The notes under the pieces were generated by a model, which did no database searches, was not told where the DNA came from, and saw nothing but the letters and a program-made list of their open reading frames with translations. This document shows positions 41,820-52,900 of a stretch of DNA of 57,235 nucleotides, in pieces (position 1 is the first letter of the stretch; every line of letters starts with the position of its first letter). Origin of the DNA: Aplysia californica (Eukaryota); the NCBI RefSeq assembly GCF_000002075.1, contig NW_004797660.1, forward strand, positions 268,673 to 325,907. The letters are read 5' to 3'. Made by a program: the position numbers and the translations under genes.

Positions 41820-42339
41820 ATTACTATTTTACTTCTCTTTTGATGCAATGCAGGTCATTTGGGGAGGCAGGATGCTTTTTGTCCTGTAGGGTTGAGTCTG
41901 GTTGAGTGGGATGCGCTATCATTGTGGACATATGAAGATACTGGATAAGTAACTTTCTTCCTGGAGAATTGAACTCATGTCAAGGGACGCTCATGGTGGA
42001 GAGGTTACTGTGTCCGCCTCTGATTCAATAGGTCCCGGGTTCAAATCTGGATAGCGACGGAAAATTTTCTTCTCTAAAATGTTCTTCTTTCCCCTTCTTT
42101 TCTGCTCTCTAACAATGTTTTGTTGTCTGCTTTCGTCTCAACATTCTGCTGATTACAGCAGCCTTTCTGCTACCACTCCTTGGCTCTTTCTTACTGTTGT
42201 CTTTCTGTCATACCTTTGATCTTATGATAGGTAAGATCGAATGCCTAGCCTTATCAGATAAGGGTGAAAAATCTCCTGCTACCTTCCCTTTCTCTCCTCT
42301 CCTGCTCCATTCCCCTGCCCCCCTTGTAAATCTTCCTAA

Positions 42340-42624
<285 letters not shown>

Positions 42625-44374
42625 TAAGATTGGTTAATACAGTGGCATCTGCTTAAACCAAAATCTGCGGAAATGCAGGTTTTACAGTTTAGAGACAGCT
42701 TATCACCCCAATATTCATACCAACATTGTGCAACCAGTGCAAAAGGTGGATCGAGGGTGTCGAGGAAACCCTGAGAAAACATAATAAATAATATCACAAC
42801 TGAAAGAGCTGCGGAGCTGGCCTACCATAGAAAACTGCATCTCCCCTTGACGTTTAACAGCAACAGAGGATGAAAAAGTAAAAGTAAAGTAAGAGTTTTT
42901 GGTAAAAAATTGGGAAATTTCTTTTCTTTAAGTTTGCTGCTGTCTTGAGATTAAAAGTGTGTGGTTTAACACTTTTCACCCACCCAGTGCGCACAGTGCA
43001 CGACCTTTGTCCCTGGGCATCAGGAGGCAGATGGGCTACATCACTACTTTATTGTATCTCTGCAAAAATACCCCAGTCATGATGACATTTTAGGCGCACT
43101 GAGAAAATTGAATGTGGTAATTGCATGTTCACCAAAAAAGGAATTAAAAACTTAAGGTCTAGCACATTCTCACCCAAATTCTCATCATGTCGTCGGTGTA
43201 AAGCAGCACCCATGTCATGTCTACTGGACATAAAAATTTTTTTTTTTACTCCAATTGTTGTAAACAATCTGATTTTCGCTCTCAAAGGGCACACAAATCA
43301 TTCAGAACAGAAAGGAAATTATAACTAACTAGTGCACATGTCTTAAAGGAGATCCTTCCTACAAACATTTAATGTTTTTGTTACTATATCACACCATGGC
43401 TGATCGGTGTTCTGTGGGGGCAAAGTGTTAGGCTGACTCCACTGAAATTTGTCGCTTTCAAGGACAAGCGGGCTAACCCAGACTTCGGGGGTTTCCAGAA
43501 ATCTTGACCATCTTGACCTACACCAAAAGTGGGCATTGCCCTACCTGTAGGAGAAGTTTAGTTTCATTGGTGTGTATATTTGTTTGATTATAGTAAAAAC
43601 TCTCCTTGTCTTTTAAAGAAACTGAACAAGGGGGCAAAAACTTTTCCTTCTATTTTCTCAATACAGCATTTTTCGGGACAGCCCCCTTGTGCTTAAAAGC
43701 GACCAATTGTAACTGCAAATGCAGAGACAAAAATAGAAATGGGCTGGTCACATTAATGAAAAGAAGGGTAACGGATGAACGAAAAGATGCACTGAATGGA
43801 GACCAAAAAGAGGAAAATGATCAAGAGGAACAGAATGATGGTTGCGAGGGAATTTCAAAGAGTGGATGGGTACAATCACAGTTGAGGAAAGTGGAGGTAG
43901 TCGTTTTGAGGGTTGAATCCTGCAGTGGGCGGACAATGCATAAAAAGGAAGTAATTCAAGAGCACAGAAGGAAAATGGCCCTTGTAGATAAATACTAAAT
44001 TTTATTTGAGAAGGATGTAGTAACATACTGGTGACGTATTTTATCTTTATCTGAAAGGGCGGGTAAACCCCCTATGCCAGGGCCCTGTTTTGGTACAAAA
44101 TCTAAAAATGACAAATCCGTCACATGGTTGGTCATTAAATGAAAACAATCTAGCCTAATAAATGAACTCCCAGTAAAAGGGACCTGTTTTCGGTAATTGC
44201 TAAAATGTAATTTGATTTCAAAGTTGTCATAAAGGAATGTTCACGAGCTGCTGCCAGCAGCTCACTTGTATGGCAGTTTTGACTGCGAGCCGCTTGGAGC
44301 AGTTTACCGGAGATAAGGAGTTAAAAGAGTCGTGTATAGAATGAACGGCATTATTATATGTGTAAATGTTAATG

Positions 44375-44533
44375 GATGTTTGAGGGTAAAGAAGGAGCCA
44401 GCCCCAGCAGAGCCCCCGCCAGCCACCCACACAGATGTCTGACAGTAAAGAAGAAGCCCCCCCCAGCAGAGCCCCTGCCAGCCACCCATACAGATGTCTG
44501 ACAGTAAAGAAGAAGCCCCCGCCAGCCACCCAC
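44375..44533 (-). repeat. Three tandem ~45-60-bp copies of the dispersed retroposon 5' end, starting at the PRPF8 donor GT
   Basis: Minus strand (G/A)TGGGTGGCTGGC...CTTCTTTAC...A(G/A)ACATC repeated three times. Confidence 0.8.
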
Positions 44534-44915
44534 CTGAGCGCGCAGGTCGGAGATGATGATGAACTTCTTGAGGACGTTCTTGGGCAGGATGTAGGTGTAG
44601 CCTGTCTCCTTGATGTCGTCTGAGCTGACGTAGATGTGGTTGGTGCGGAGGTGAAGGTTGGTGGCCGAGATGGCTCGCACACGCCACTCCGTCTTGGAGG
44701 AGAAGGTGGCGGTCTCGTGGTTGGAGGTGGTGGTTGTGATGATCTCGTCGCCGTGCTTGTTGACCGTGCGCGTGGTGGTGGCCGTCATCTGAGACTGCTC
44801 CTTGGTCTGCTTCTCGATCTCCGCGATCTGCTGCCGCTGGGCGCTTGGGGCTGAGATCTCCATGCCTAGGATGATGTCCCTTGTCTCCGACTGGGTCAGG
44901 GACTTCACGTTCACG
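44534..44915 (-). CDS. PRPF8: PRPF8 exon (end of RNase H-like domain, linker, start of Jab1/MPN)
   Basis: [25 protein letters not shown]...[12 protein letters not shown]...SDLRAQ; AG/GT bounded, phase 2-0. Identity is certain; whether it is functional is not. Confidence 0.92.
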
Positions 44916-45220
44916 CTGGGGGGGAGAGGAAACACAGGAATGAGCAGCGCTGGTGCTTGTAGGATTAGTCTGTGTTTTACGGCACTTGCAACACAATTAG
45001 GTCATACAAGTGCTGAAGATTTGGTGGTACAAGAGAGTAACCAACACAAAAAAGGAGGAGAGATAAAGACAAGACATGTTTGATAGGGAAGGAGCAGACC
45101 AGCTCAGCGCACCCAATTTCTGGTGATTTCCAGATCCCGCGGTTATTTGAGTCAAGACATCAAGGGGCATTTTGCACTACAGCTCATCTTATTTCCTTTC
45201 AGTGTGTGTGTGTGTGTGTG

Positions 45221-45790
45221 ACTGACTTGTTCTTCTAGCCATAGTCGGCCCTCCTCTCTCTATCTCTCGTTCTCTCCCTCCTACACAAAGCACACTCAAT
45301 GTAAAGAGTCAACAAAGAAGACAAAAGCTCTCGTTGACGACATGACTGACTTGTTCTTCTAGCCGTGGTCGGCCCTATACCTTGTATTTTGTATCACTCT
45401 ATGTACAGAGACAAACAAAAGATGTGACTGACTTGTTCTCCTTGACATAGTCGGCCCTATACCTTGTGTATCTCTCTATGTAAAGAGACAAACAAAAGAT
45501 GTAACTGACTTGTTCTCCTTGACATAGTCGGCCCTATACCTTGTGTATCTCTCTATGTACAGAGACAAACAAAAGATGTGACTGACTTGTTCTCCTTGAC
45601 ATAGTCGGCCCTATACATAGTACTTTGTATCTCTCTATGTACAGAGACAAACAAAAGATGTGACTGACTGGTTCTCCTTGACATAGTCGGCCCTATACCT
45701 TGTGTATCACTCTATGTAAAGAGGCAAAAAGAAGACAACTGACAACAAGCTATAGACATAACTGACTTGTTCTTCTTGCCGTAGTCGGCC
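45221..45790 (-). repeat. Tandem array (77-124 bp spacing) reiterating the last 24 nt of the PRPF8 exon plus its donor
   Basis: ACTGACT(T/G)GTTCT...GTCGGCC at 45221, 45345, 45427, 45504, 45581, 45663 and the true junction at 45761. Confidence 0.92.
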
Positions 45791-45960
45791 AGGATGAGGT
45801 CCTTGAGCTGCACCTCAATCTTCATCCACTCCTCGTCCGAGAGCGTGGGCCAGATGTGGTGGGCCTCGGTCACCGTCGTCTTGTCCGGCTTGAGCAGGAT
45901 CTTGGTCTTGTCGTTGTTCACGTGCAGGGCGCGCAGGATCAGGATCAGACGGGAGAACGC
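45767..45960 (-). CDS. PRPF8: PRPF8 exon ([15 protein letters not shown]...[10 protein letters not shown])
   Basis: Unmistakable PRPF8 peptide; AG at 45962-45961, GT at 45766-45765, phase 0-2. Confidence 0.92.
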
Positions 45961-46633
45961 CTNNNNNNNNNNNNNNNNNNNNNNNNNNNNNNNNNNNNNN
46001 NNNNNNNNNNNNNNNNNNNNNNNNNNNNNNNNNNNNNNNNNNNNNNNNNNNNNNNNNNNNNNNNNNNNNNNNNNNNNNNNNNNNNNGACATAACCACCCA
46101 CCTTGAGTTTTGAGACTAGCAAGACATTGGTGTCAGGGCCGACAGTAAAATAAATGGGTTATAATGCCATTCCTAAATCGGCTGGACACTGAGTGAAATC
46201 TTTTTGTAGGTGTACGAATTTCAGGATTATCTTTGAATTCCAGTCTATATCAAGGGAGATAAAAAGCAAGTTGGACAGCACTGTTAAAATCTTACATGAT
46301 TGATTGATACATGTACTACTACCACACCCTATGCTACGTTTTGCAGACTTAGTATTCAGTATGTTCAGGTTTTTAACATTTTATCCACCTCTGCTGGGAA
46401 CAGCAATTTTTCCTTGATCAACAAAGCTCCTCTCTGCTTCTTTTGATCCGCCAGTATCCCCTCTCTCCGACGACTTCACCTCAACCTGTCACTGCAGAAT
46501 ACATGACGTACTGGCAAGCTATCGTGTAGAGAGTAGTGGGACAATGGGGTTTTGACTGTATGCTGCAGGGGAGCATTGCGCAGTTCAGGGCATGCTTTTT
46601 GATAATTAATGAATGGCCCAAAACACGGATCTC

Positions 46634-48534
46634 CATAGCTGCCAAGTTTTCAAAATTAAAAAACAGACTTTCATCGCAGTCGGAGAAAGAGACCAGTTCT
46701 TACTTCAAAAAGATACCAAAAGACAACTTGTACTCAAATGATAAGCCCACCACAGACACATGCATGCTGTGCAGCCAGATTGATAAGATGGCAAAGATGT
46801 CTGGCTGGGACTCCCTAAGCTTTGTTATAACTCCATTGTTTTGTCCTATCATCACTGGAGCATTGTCTGAACTCAGAGAGGTGCAGTGCATAAAGGGAAC
46901 ACCAAAGGTTTCTAATTCTCTCAATACAAGTTCTCCTATGTTAACACCACTTGACGGACCATTGTCATTGAGGACGTCGGCACACCTTGTTTGTAGAAAG
47001 CATGTTTGTTTGATAACTTCGATGCAGTGATGAAGTTGAATTCCTCTGAATACTTGGCACAGAAGGTGTGTTCGCGAGGTTTTGCCTTACAACTGGTTGG
47101 TTTTAAAAACGCATCCATCACTTGAAAGCACAACGCGCGTCCGTGATCAAAGAAATAGTTTTAGCTCCTGCATGCAATCATCACTAAGGCTGCCCGCAAC
47201 ACCCACACACACACACGATGACCCGTGACCCGATGTGAACGAAGGAGAAACAAAGAAGACCCGTAGGCAGACCTGCCACTCAATGAAATCTAAAAATCAG
47301 GATTTTAGAGTAAGAAAATCAGGATCTAGAGTCTAGATCTAGTGAAAAAAATCGGGGTCAACGGCAAATCAGTCATAAGCGGCACTGGGGGAAAGGGGGT
47401 GGGGGTGGTCCCGGTTCTTTATGAGGCAAGTATGCAAGACAAAGCTTTTTGAAAACTGAAAGACAGCATTATTATATGTTACTCGAATCGGAGTTGGATA
47501 GACTGGGGGAGCGCAGGTAGCACTAAAGCTGAAACTCTCGTAGTCTTGAAAATAGCTGACACATAACTCCTATTATCCAGGGGAAAAGTCCGCTTTTTCG
47601 TACAGTAACAACGTTTGACTTCCATCGCATATATACACTCAAGGTACCCCCACCCCCTCCCCGGAAAAAATCGCGCCAAGGTTTTTCATTTATTTTTTTC
47701 TTATTATTCCTTTCCCCTCAATTAGTCTGGATCACGGCACGCACTTTAAGCCCAAGTGTCAAAAAATACCCCCCCCCCCCACTGGTTAAAAGTCCCGGAA
47801 AACACCTCGATCATTGCGACCGGTGTGAATGAACTTTGTTGACCCCGACAGCCGACGGTCTCAGACACACGCGCTACTCACCACACGTACGAGGTCAGCG
47901 AAAGTAGATCTTGAGCGTATTCAAGTGGGAATTCAAAATTGATACTACTACGTCGATTTTAGTAGAAATAACGAGCGTGAGTCAACTACTAGATTCGGCA
48001 TAGATCTAGATGCTTTAGAAAATAGCGTTCCAAGTTCCAGCGGATAAAAAGTCCAATCGGTGCTTCCAAGCAAAAGAGATTGCAGAACTTTTTATATTTT
48101 TTTCTAAGAATCGGACGCAACAGACACAACGACAAAAAAAAAATCAGGATACTGGCGATCGAAATCGGGAAAATCGGGATGCTTGAGATTTGGGGCAAAA
48201 AAAAATAAAATCGTGATGAGTGGCAGGTCTGCGTAGGTTACTTCCCGCTTTAATAGCGCATGCTCAATAACAAAGAAATACAGAAGGGGCACCACTCGCG
48301 GAAGGAGGTCAACTTCCAGTTTAATTGCAGGGACACTACTCTCGTCGTCTTGTTGACTCCCGTACTTCGCCTATCCGGTCATAAATTTTCTAATTTTTCT
48401 TGCTTGAAGCCAGTTTGTATTGAAACTAAGAGGAGAAAAGTTGAAAACGTATTTTCCAATGCCAAAACGGATTTCCGTACTCAAACCAAAAAATCGTACT
48501 AAATACGTATTTTACGTACTACTTGGCAGCTATG
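46634..48534 (-). mobile_element. Defective hAT-like DNA transposon with 6-bp TSD
   Basis: TIR CATAGCTGCCAAGT / ACTTGGCAGCTATG, TSD GATCTC on both sides, transposase remnant SSDNAPVMIGQNNGVITKL (ORF 46700-46924). Confidence 0.82.
47268..48231. mobile_element. Nested non-autonomous element with 6-bp TSD
   Basis: TIR CAGACCTGCCACTCA / TGAGTGGCAGGTCTG, TSD CGTAGG. Confidence 0.85.
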
Positions 48535-48852
48535 GATCTCTATGTCAATGTGTAGAACTGTACTGAAAAAGAAACTTCCTTTTCATATACTCAGAGGCAT
48601 AGGAAGAGCGAAATTTTCATCGTCGTAAAAACGGTAGTTAAAATTTCTATTGGTGAGTAGGCCTACTCACTACTTAAAAGTTAATAAATATGTCCGAATG
48701 AAACATGGTCTGAACCTATTAGATAGCCGTCATTCGAACAATGCAATGCATTGGTTGTTTATGCAACAAACAACCAAACAAGTAACATGGCTCATAGGTA
48801 CTTTTCACACTGTTGAGTTATGAGTTTGTGTTCATTAGGCCGAGGTCACATA

Positions 48853-50663
48853 AGCCTGACCTATAAATTTGAAGTTGAAGCCTCAGAATGGAATTCAGTT
48901 GGAAACGAAAGCAGTATCAAGATGCCGAAATTTCCGTCAGAAAACCATGAGAGAGCTACAGTATTGGTTGACTACATGCTGGAGAGTCAGCTCTACATAT
49001 AATATATGGCAACTGTTACAGGCGCGCATGTCTCCATCGTACACAGAATACAGAACCAGTTTCAAGCCACCATAAGGGCCATCAGATCGCCCCCGAGTGG
49101 AAGACCAAAGGCAACAACAGCAGCTCAGTATCTCCTCATAGTGCGCCAATACCGGATTAATACCTTCCTGACAACCAGGAACATCATCGGATTAAGGGGA
49201 TAATAAGGGAGTAGTACCAGAACTGTACTGTATGACGGAGATTGCACTCCACATGCCTCTGGTCTGTCCCCGTAGAATTATGTGAATTTAGATGGCCAAA
49301 TTATGCCCAAAAAAAGCCAAATTATGCAAAAATTATGCAAGTTACCGTAACACCTTTCGCGACATGTTTTGCACTTTTTCAACACAAATTTTCATGACTT
49401 TTATGTTTTAAGTATGCCTACAGAGAAATTTAAAACAGAACATATCAGTATCAGTAATTTGTAGTGTATTTGGAAAGAAAACAATACACATCTGTAAAAA
49501 AAAAAAAAAAAAACTAAAAAATATAATCTCTGTAACTTTCAGCTGTAATCTATCTAAATCTAGATTATTATCTAGATCTAGATCTGGGAAAGAAAATTGT
49601 ATTTAAAAAAAGAAAAAAAAAGGACATCTGGACCTCTGATGCTGGCACATTACTAAAACCAGGAACACCTGTCAAACATGAAGCATCAGCAGACATGAGA
49701 ACAACAACTTCTGATGGATTGAAAAATTGAACATTCTCAAAAGGAACAAAATCCCAAACCATAACCAAGATGTTCTACCAAGGGAAATAACCAACTTTTC
49801 ACTTAAATAAGACTTATTACGGTGATTATTTCCCTTTAGTCACATGGCGAGGCGTTAATTAACAAAATTAATTGTTTTGTTTACAAAAAAGGGGAAAAAA
49901 CGTGAAAAACGCGGGGAATCCAAAATTATGCAAATGTGCAAAATTACGCGAAAAAAACGCGGCCGCACAATCGCATAATCCTACGGGGACAGTCTGGTAC
50001 AGAGGTCTGCATCACAGACCAGTTCTGACCCCTCAGCACGGCAGTGTGTAAATTAGACGAATCAAAATGTTATTTCCACATGATGAACCCTTGTTGAGTT
50101 TAGTGTTTTGTTCATGCTTTAGTTATTCGCATCTTTTACCTCTGAGTTTATTTGCATTGATAAGTGCACCAAACACAAGCCTGAATTTGTCAATTATGAC
50201 AAAATGTTGCGAACATCTCATTCTGAAAAAACTTTAAGCAGCTTTTAAAAGTTCAACAACATTTTCCTTCATCTAGGTAGCCTAGTTTTTAAAAAAAAAG
50301 AAAGAAAATCAAGTAGCCTACTAAATCAAACTAAGGATAGGTAAAGACTCATAATCATAAAAAATGTTTACACACGATGTATTCACAGTAGGCCTACAGT
50401 GCAGCATAAAAAATATGTAACATGAACACAGAGTAGAGAACTTGAAATCATGAATAGCTCATACAATTTGCTATTCCCGACTGACATCTCTCTTTAATTT
50501 TTCACAGTTAACCTGAATTTTGGACATGTCAAACACATTGTTAATCCCTGATGTGTTTGAGTTATCCGTGCCTGACTGTAGAATGAATCAAAAGTTAACT
50601 AACAACTAATAATCACTCAGCACTCTTTCAAAAACTCAAATATTTTCAACATTGCATTCTATC
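48853..50663 (+). mobile_element. Tc1 fossil plus flank, copy A (catalytic region deleted)
   Basis: RSPPSGRPKATTAAQ HTH-linker motif; colinear with 50850-53972. Confidence 0.78.
49264..49992. mobile_element. MITE inserted in Tc1 copy A
   Basis: TIR CTGTCCCCGTAG / CTACGGGGACAG, direct repeat TCTGGT on both sides; absent from copy B. Confidence 0.82.
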
Positions 50664-50849
50664 NNNNNNNNNNNNNNNNNNNNNNNNNNNNNNNNNNNNN
50701 NNNNNNNNNNNNNNNNNNNNNNNNNNNNNNNNNNNNNNNNNNNNNNNNNNNNNNNNNNNNNNNCTATGGGTGAATTTGACTGGACAATGTTTCAAAATTA
50801 GGAAGGGAAGCAGTGATTATTTGATTATAGACGCTTCGCCTCTGCATAG

Positions 50850-52900
50850 GCCTGACCTATAAATTTGAAGTTGAAGCCTCAGAATGGAATTCAGTTGGAA
50901 ACTAAAGCAGTATCAAGATGCCAAAATTTCTGTCAGAAAACCATGAAGGAGCTACAGTATTGGTCGACTACATGCTGGAGAGTCTGCTCTACATATGGCA
51001 ACTGTTATAGGCGTGCATGTCTCCATCGTACACAGAATCAAGCCACCATAACAGCCATCAGATCTCCCCCGAGCGGAAGACCAAAGGCAACAACTGCAGC
51101 TCAGTATCTCTTCATGGTGCGCCAAATCCAATACCGGATGAACACCTTCCTGAAAAAGGGGAACATCATCGGATGAACGGGACAAGGGAGTAGTACCAGA
51201 ACTGTACTGTATGACGGAGATTGCACTCCACATGCCTCTGGTACATGTACAGAGGTCTGAATAGCATCTGCATTTGTTGCGGACGCGATTTTTGGCATTT
51301 TTTGGTCCGCGATTGTGATTTTTGCATTTTTCAAAAAAACAAAAACAAAACCACTGCTAAGGAATAAAAATGTTTTTAAAAAAGAAAAGGAAAAAGAAAA
51401 GGAAAAGAAACCGAACCTCTTTACTTTTAGAAAGAAAGTTCATTTTCACTTCAGCTTCACTCTGTCTCTTCTTTCTCACTTGTTGACACCACGTTGATTT
51501 GAAATTATTGTTTACTTGAACAGTATACTATGAGTACATTACATACTATTTCTATTGCTGTTTCTCTTTTATTTTTCCTTCTGTTTTGTGTTTTAATTTT
51601 TTTTTAATTGTTATTTTTGTTCTGTGTTGTTTTACCATTTTTTGTTTTTATTATAGCAAAATGTCATTTAATTTGAGGTTGTTCCTACCTATATTATATA
51701 TAATAGAAAATGTGTTATGTTAGAGTGCGTCTCCACTGAAACCGCACACTGACATTGTGTATGATTTCATAATTTAAATGTAATATCTTGTAGGCCTACT
51801 TTTTCTTGAATTGCACACGTTTAGGGTTTAAACGGCCAATTTTCGGATATGTGGACACACGCACTTATTAAAATTTGTTAATTTCAGTGGTTGAGTATGT
51901 GCTGTTCTAATTTTTTTTTATTCGGTTGTGAAACCTTTATTTTTCACGTTTTTACACTCTGTGTGGCTACAAATGATATTCTGGATTCTGCACATGAAAT
52001 TGTGGTGCCTTAGATTAAGTTACCTTTATCAACAAATTGCTCTATAAGTCGTCAAAGTCAAAGAGAGATGAAAGCTTGAAAGTTAATGGCAACTTTTATG
52101 GCAATTTTTGCCATTTTTGTGGCAACTTTTGGACAAAAAAATGGCAACAAACGCAGATGCTAGGTCGGCATCACAAACCAGTTCTGACCCCTCAGCACGG
52201 CCGTGACTGGCTTCGGTGGGCACGGACTCATGTGAACTGGAGGAAAAGACCATGGAGAAGGGTGCTGTTCATCAACAAGAGCAGATTCTGCGTTGATCTG
52301 GCATATGGGCGCAACTGTGAAAACTGTGTGTAGCGCACAGACCTGATGTGCTGATGCCGACTTCATGGAGAGACTCTCGGGGATGGACACGCATCATCAT
52401 GGTTTGAGGAGTCATCACCCTCTAAAACCAAAGAATTGGACTAGCGTTCTTCCAGAACATGGGTCATGGACAAGGAAATTGGGTCACAACTCAGCACTAC
52501 ACCGTCCAAGTTCCTCAACAGTTTCATAAGTCATATGATGCCCTTTTCCCAGAAACACCCAAACATTTTGTTTCCAGTAATACCTCATATTGCCAGTGTA
52601 ACACAGCAGTTCCTGGGGCAGAACAGCATCAATCTTTTGCCACATCTGGCTCGTTCACCTGACTTAAATCCCAATGAGCACTTTTGGGACACTACATGTG
52701 TATGCTGATGCAGCTCAACTAGCTACAGCCAAGACCACAGAGAGCTCCTCAATTACTCAAGTGGCCGCAGCCTTCAGCCAGGTGTGGGTACAGATCCCAG
52801 GTCAACAAATAAACACTTTCGTGAACTCTATGGGTAGAAGATGCAGACCAGAAATTATAAATTATAATAGCAGCCAATGGAGGTCACACAGTGCTGACTT
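50850..52900 (+). pseudogene. Tc1 transposase fossil, copy B
   Basis: SGRPKATT, WRRVLFINKSRF (from VLFSDESRF) and ARSPDLNPNEHFW (from SPDLNPIEHLW). Confidence 0.88.
51262..52162. mobile_element. hAT-type MITE inserted in Tc1 copy B
   Basis: TIR TAGCATCTGC(A/G)TTTGTTGC; flanks GGTCTGAA / GGTCGGCA versus the empty site GGTCTGCA in copy A, consistent with an 8-bp TSD. Confidence 0.82.

Noticed and set aside
44227-44996. Overlapping alternative-frame ORFs over the PRPF8 exon
   Set aside because: Explained by GC-rich codon usage; only one frame gives a recognisable protein.
45221-45790. Repeat-spacer appearance of the PRPF8 intron array
   Set aside because: The intervening parts are homologous to each other and the repeat is an exon end, so it is not CRISPR.
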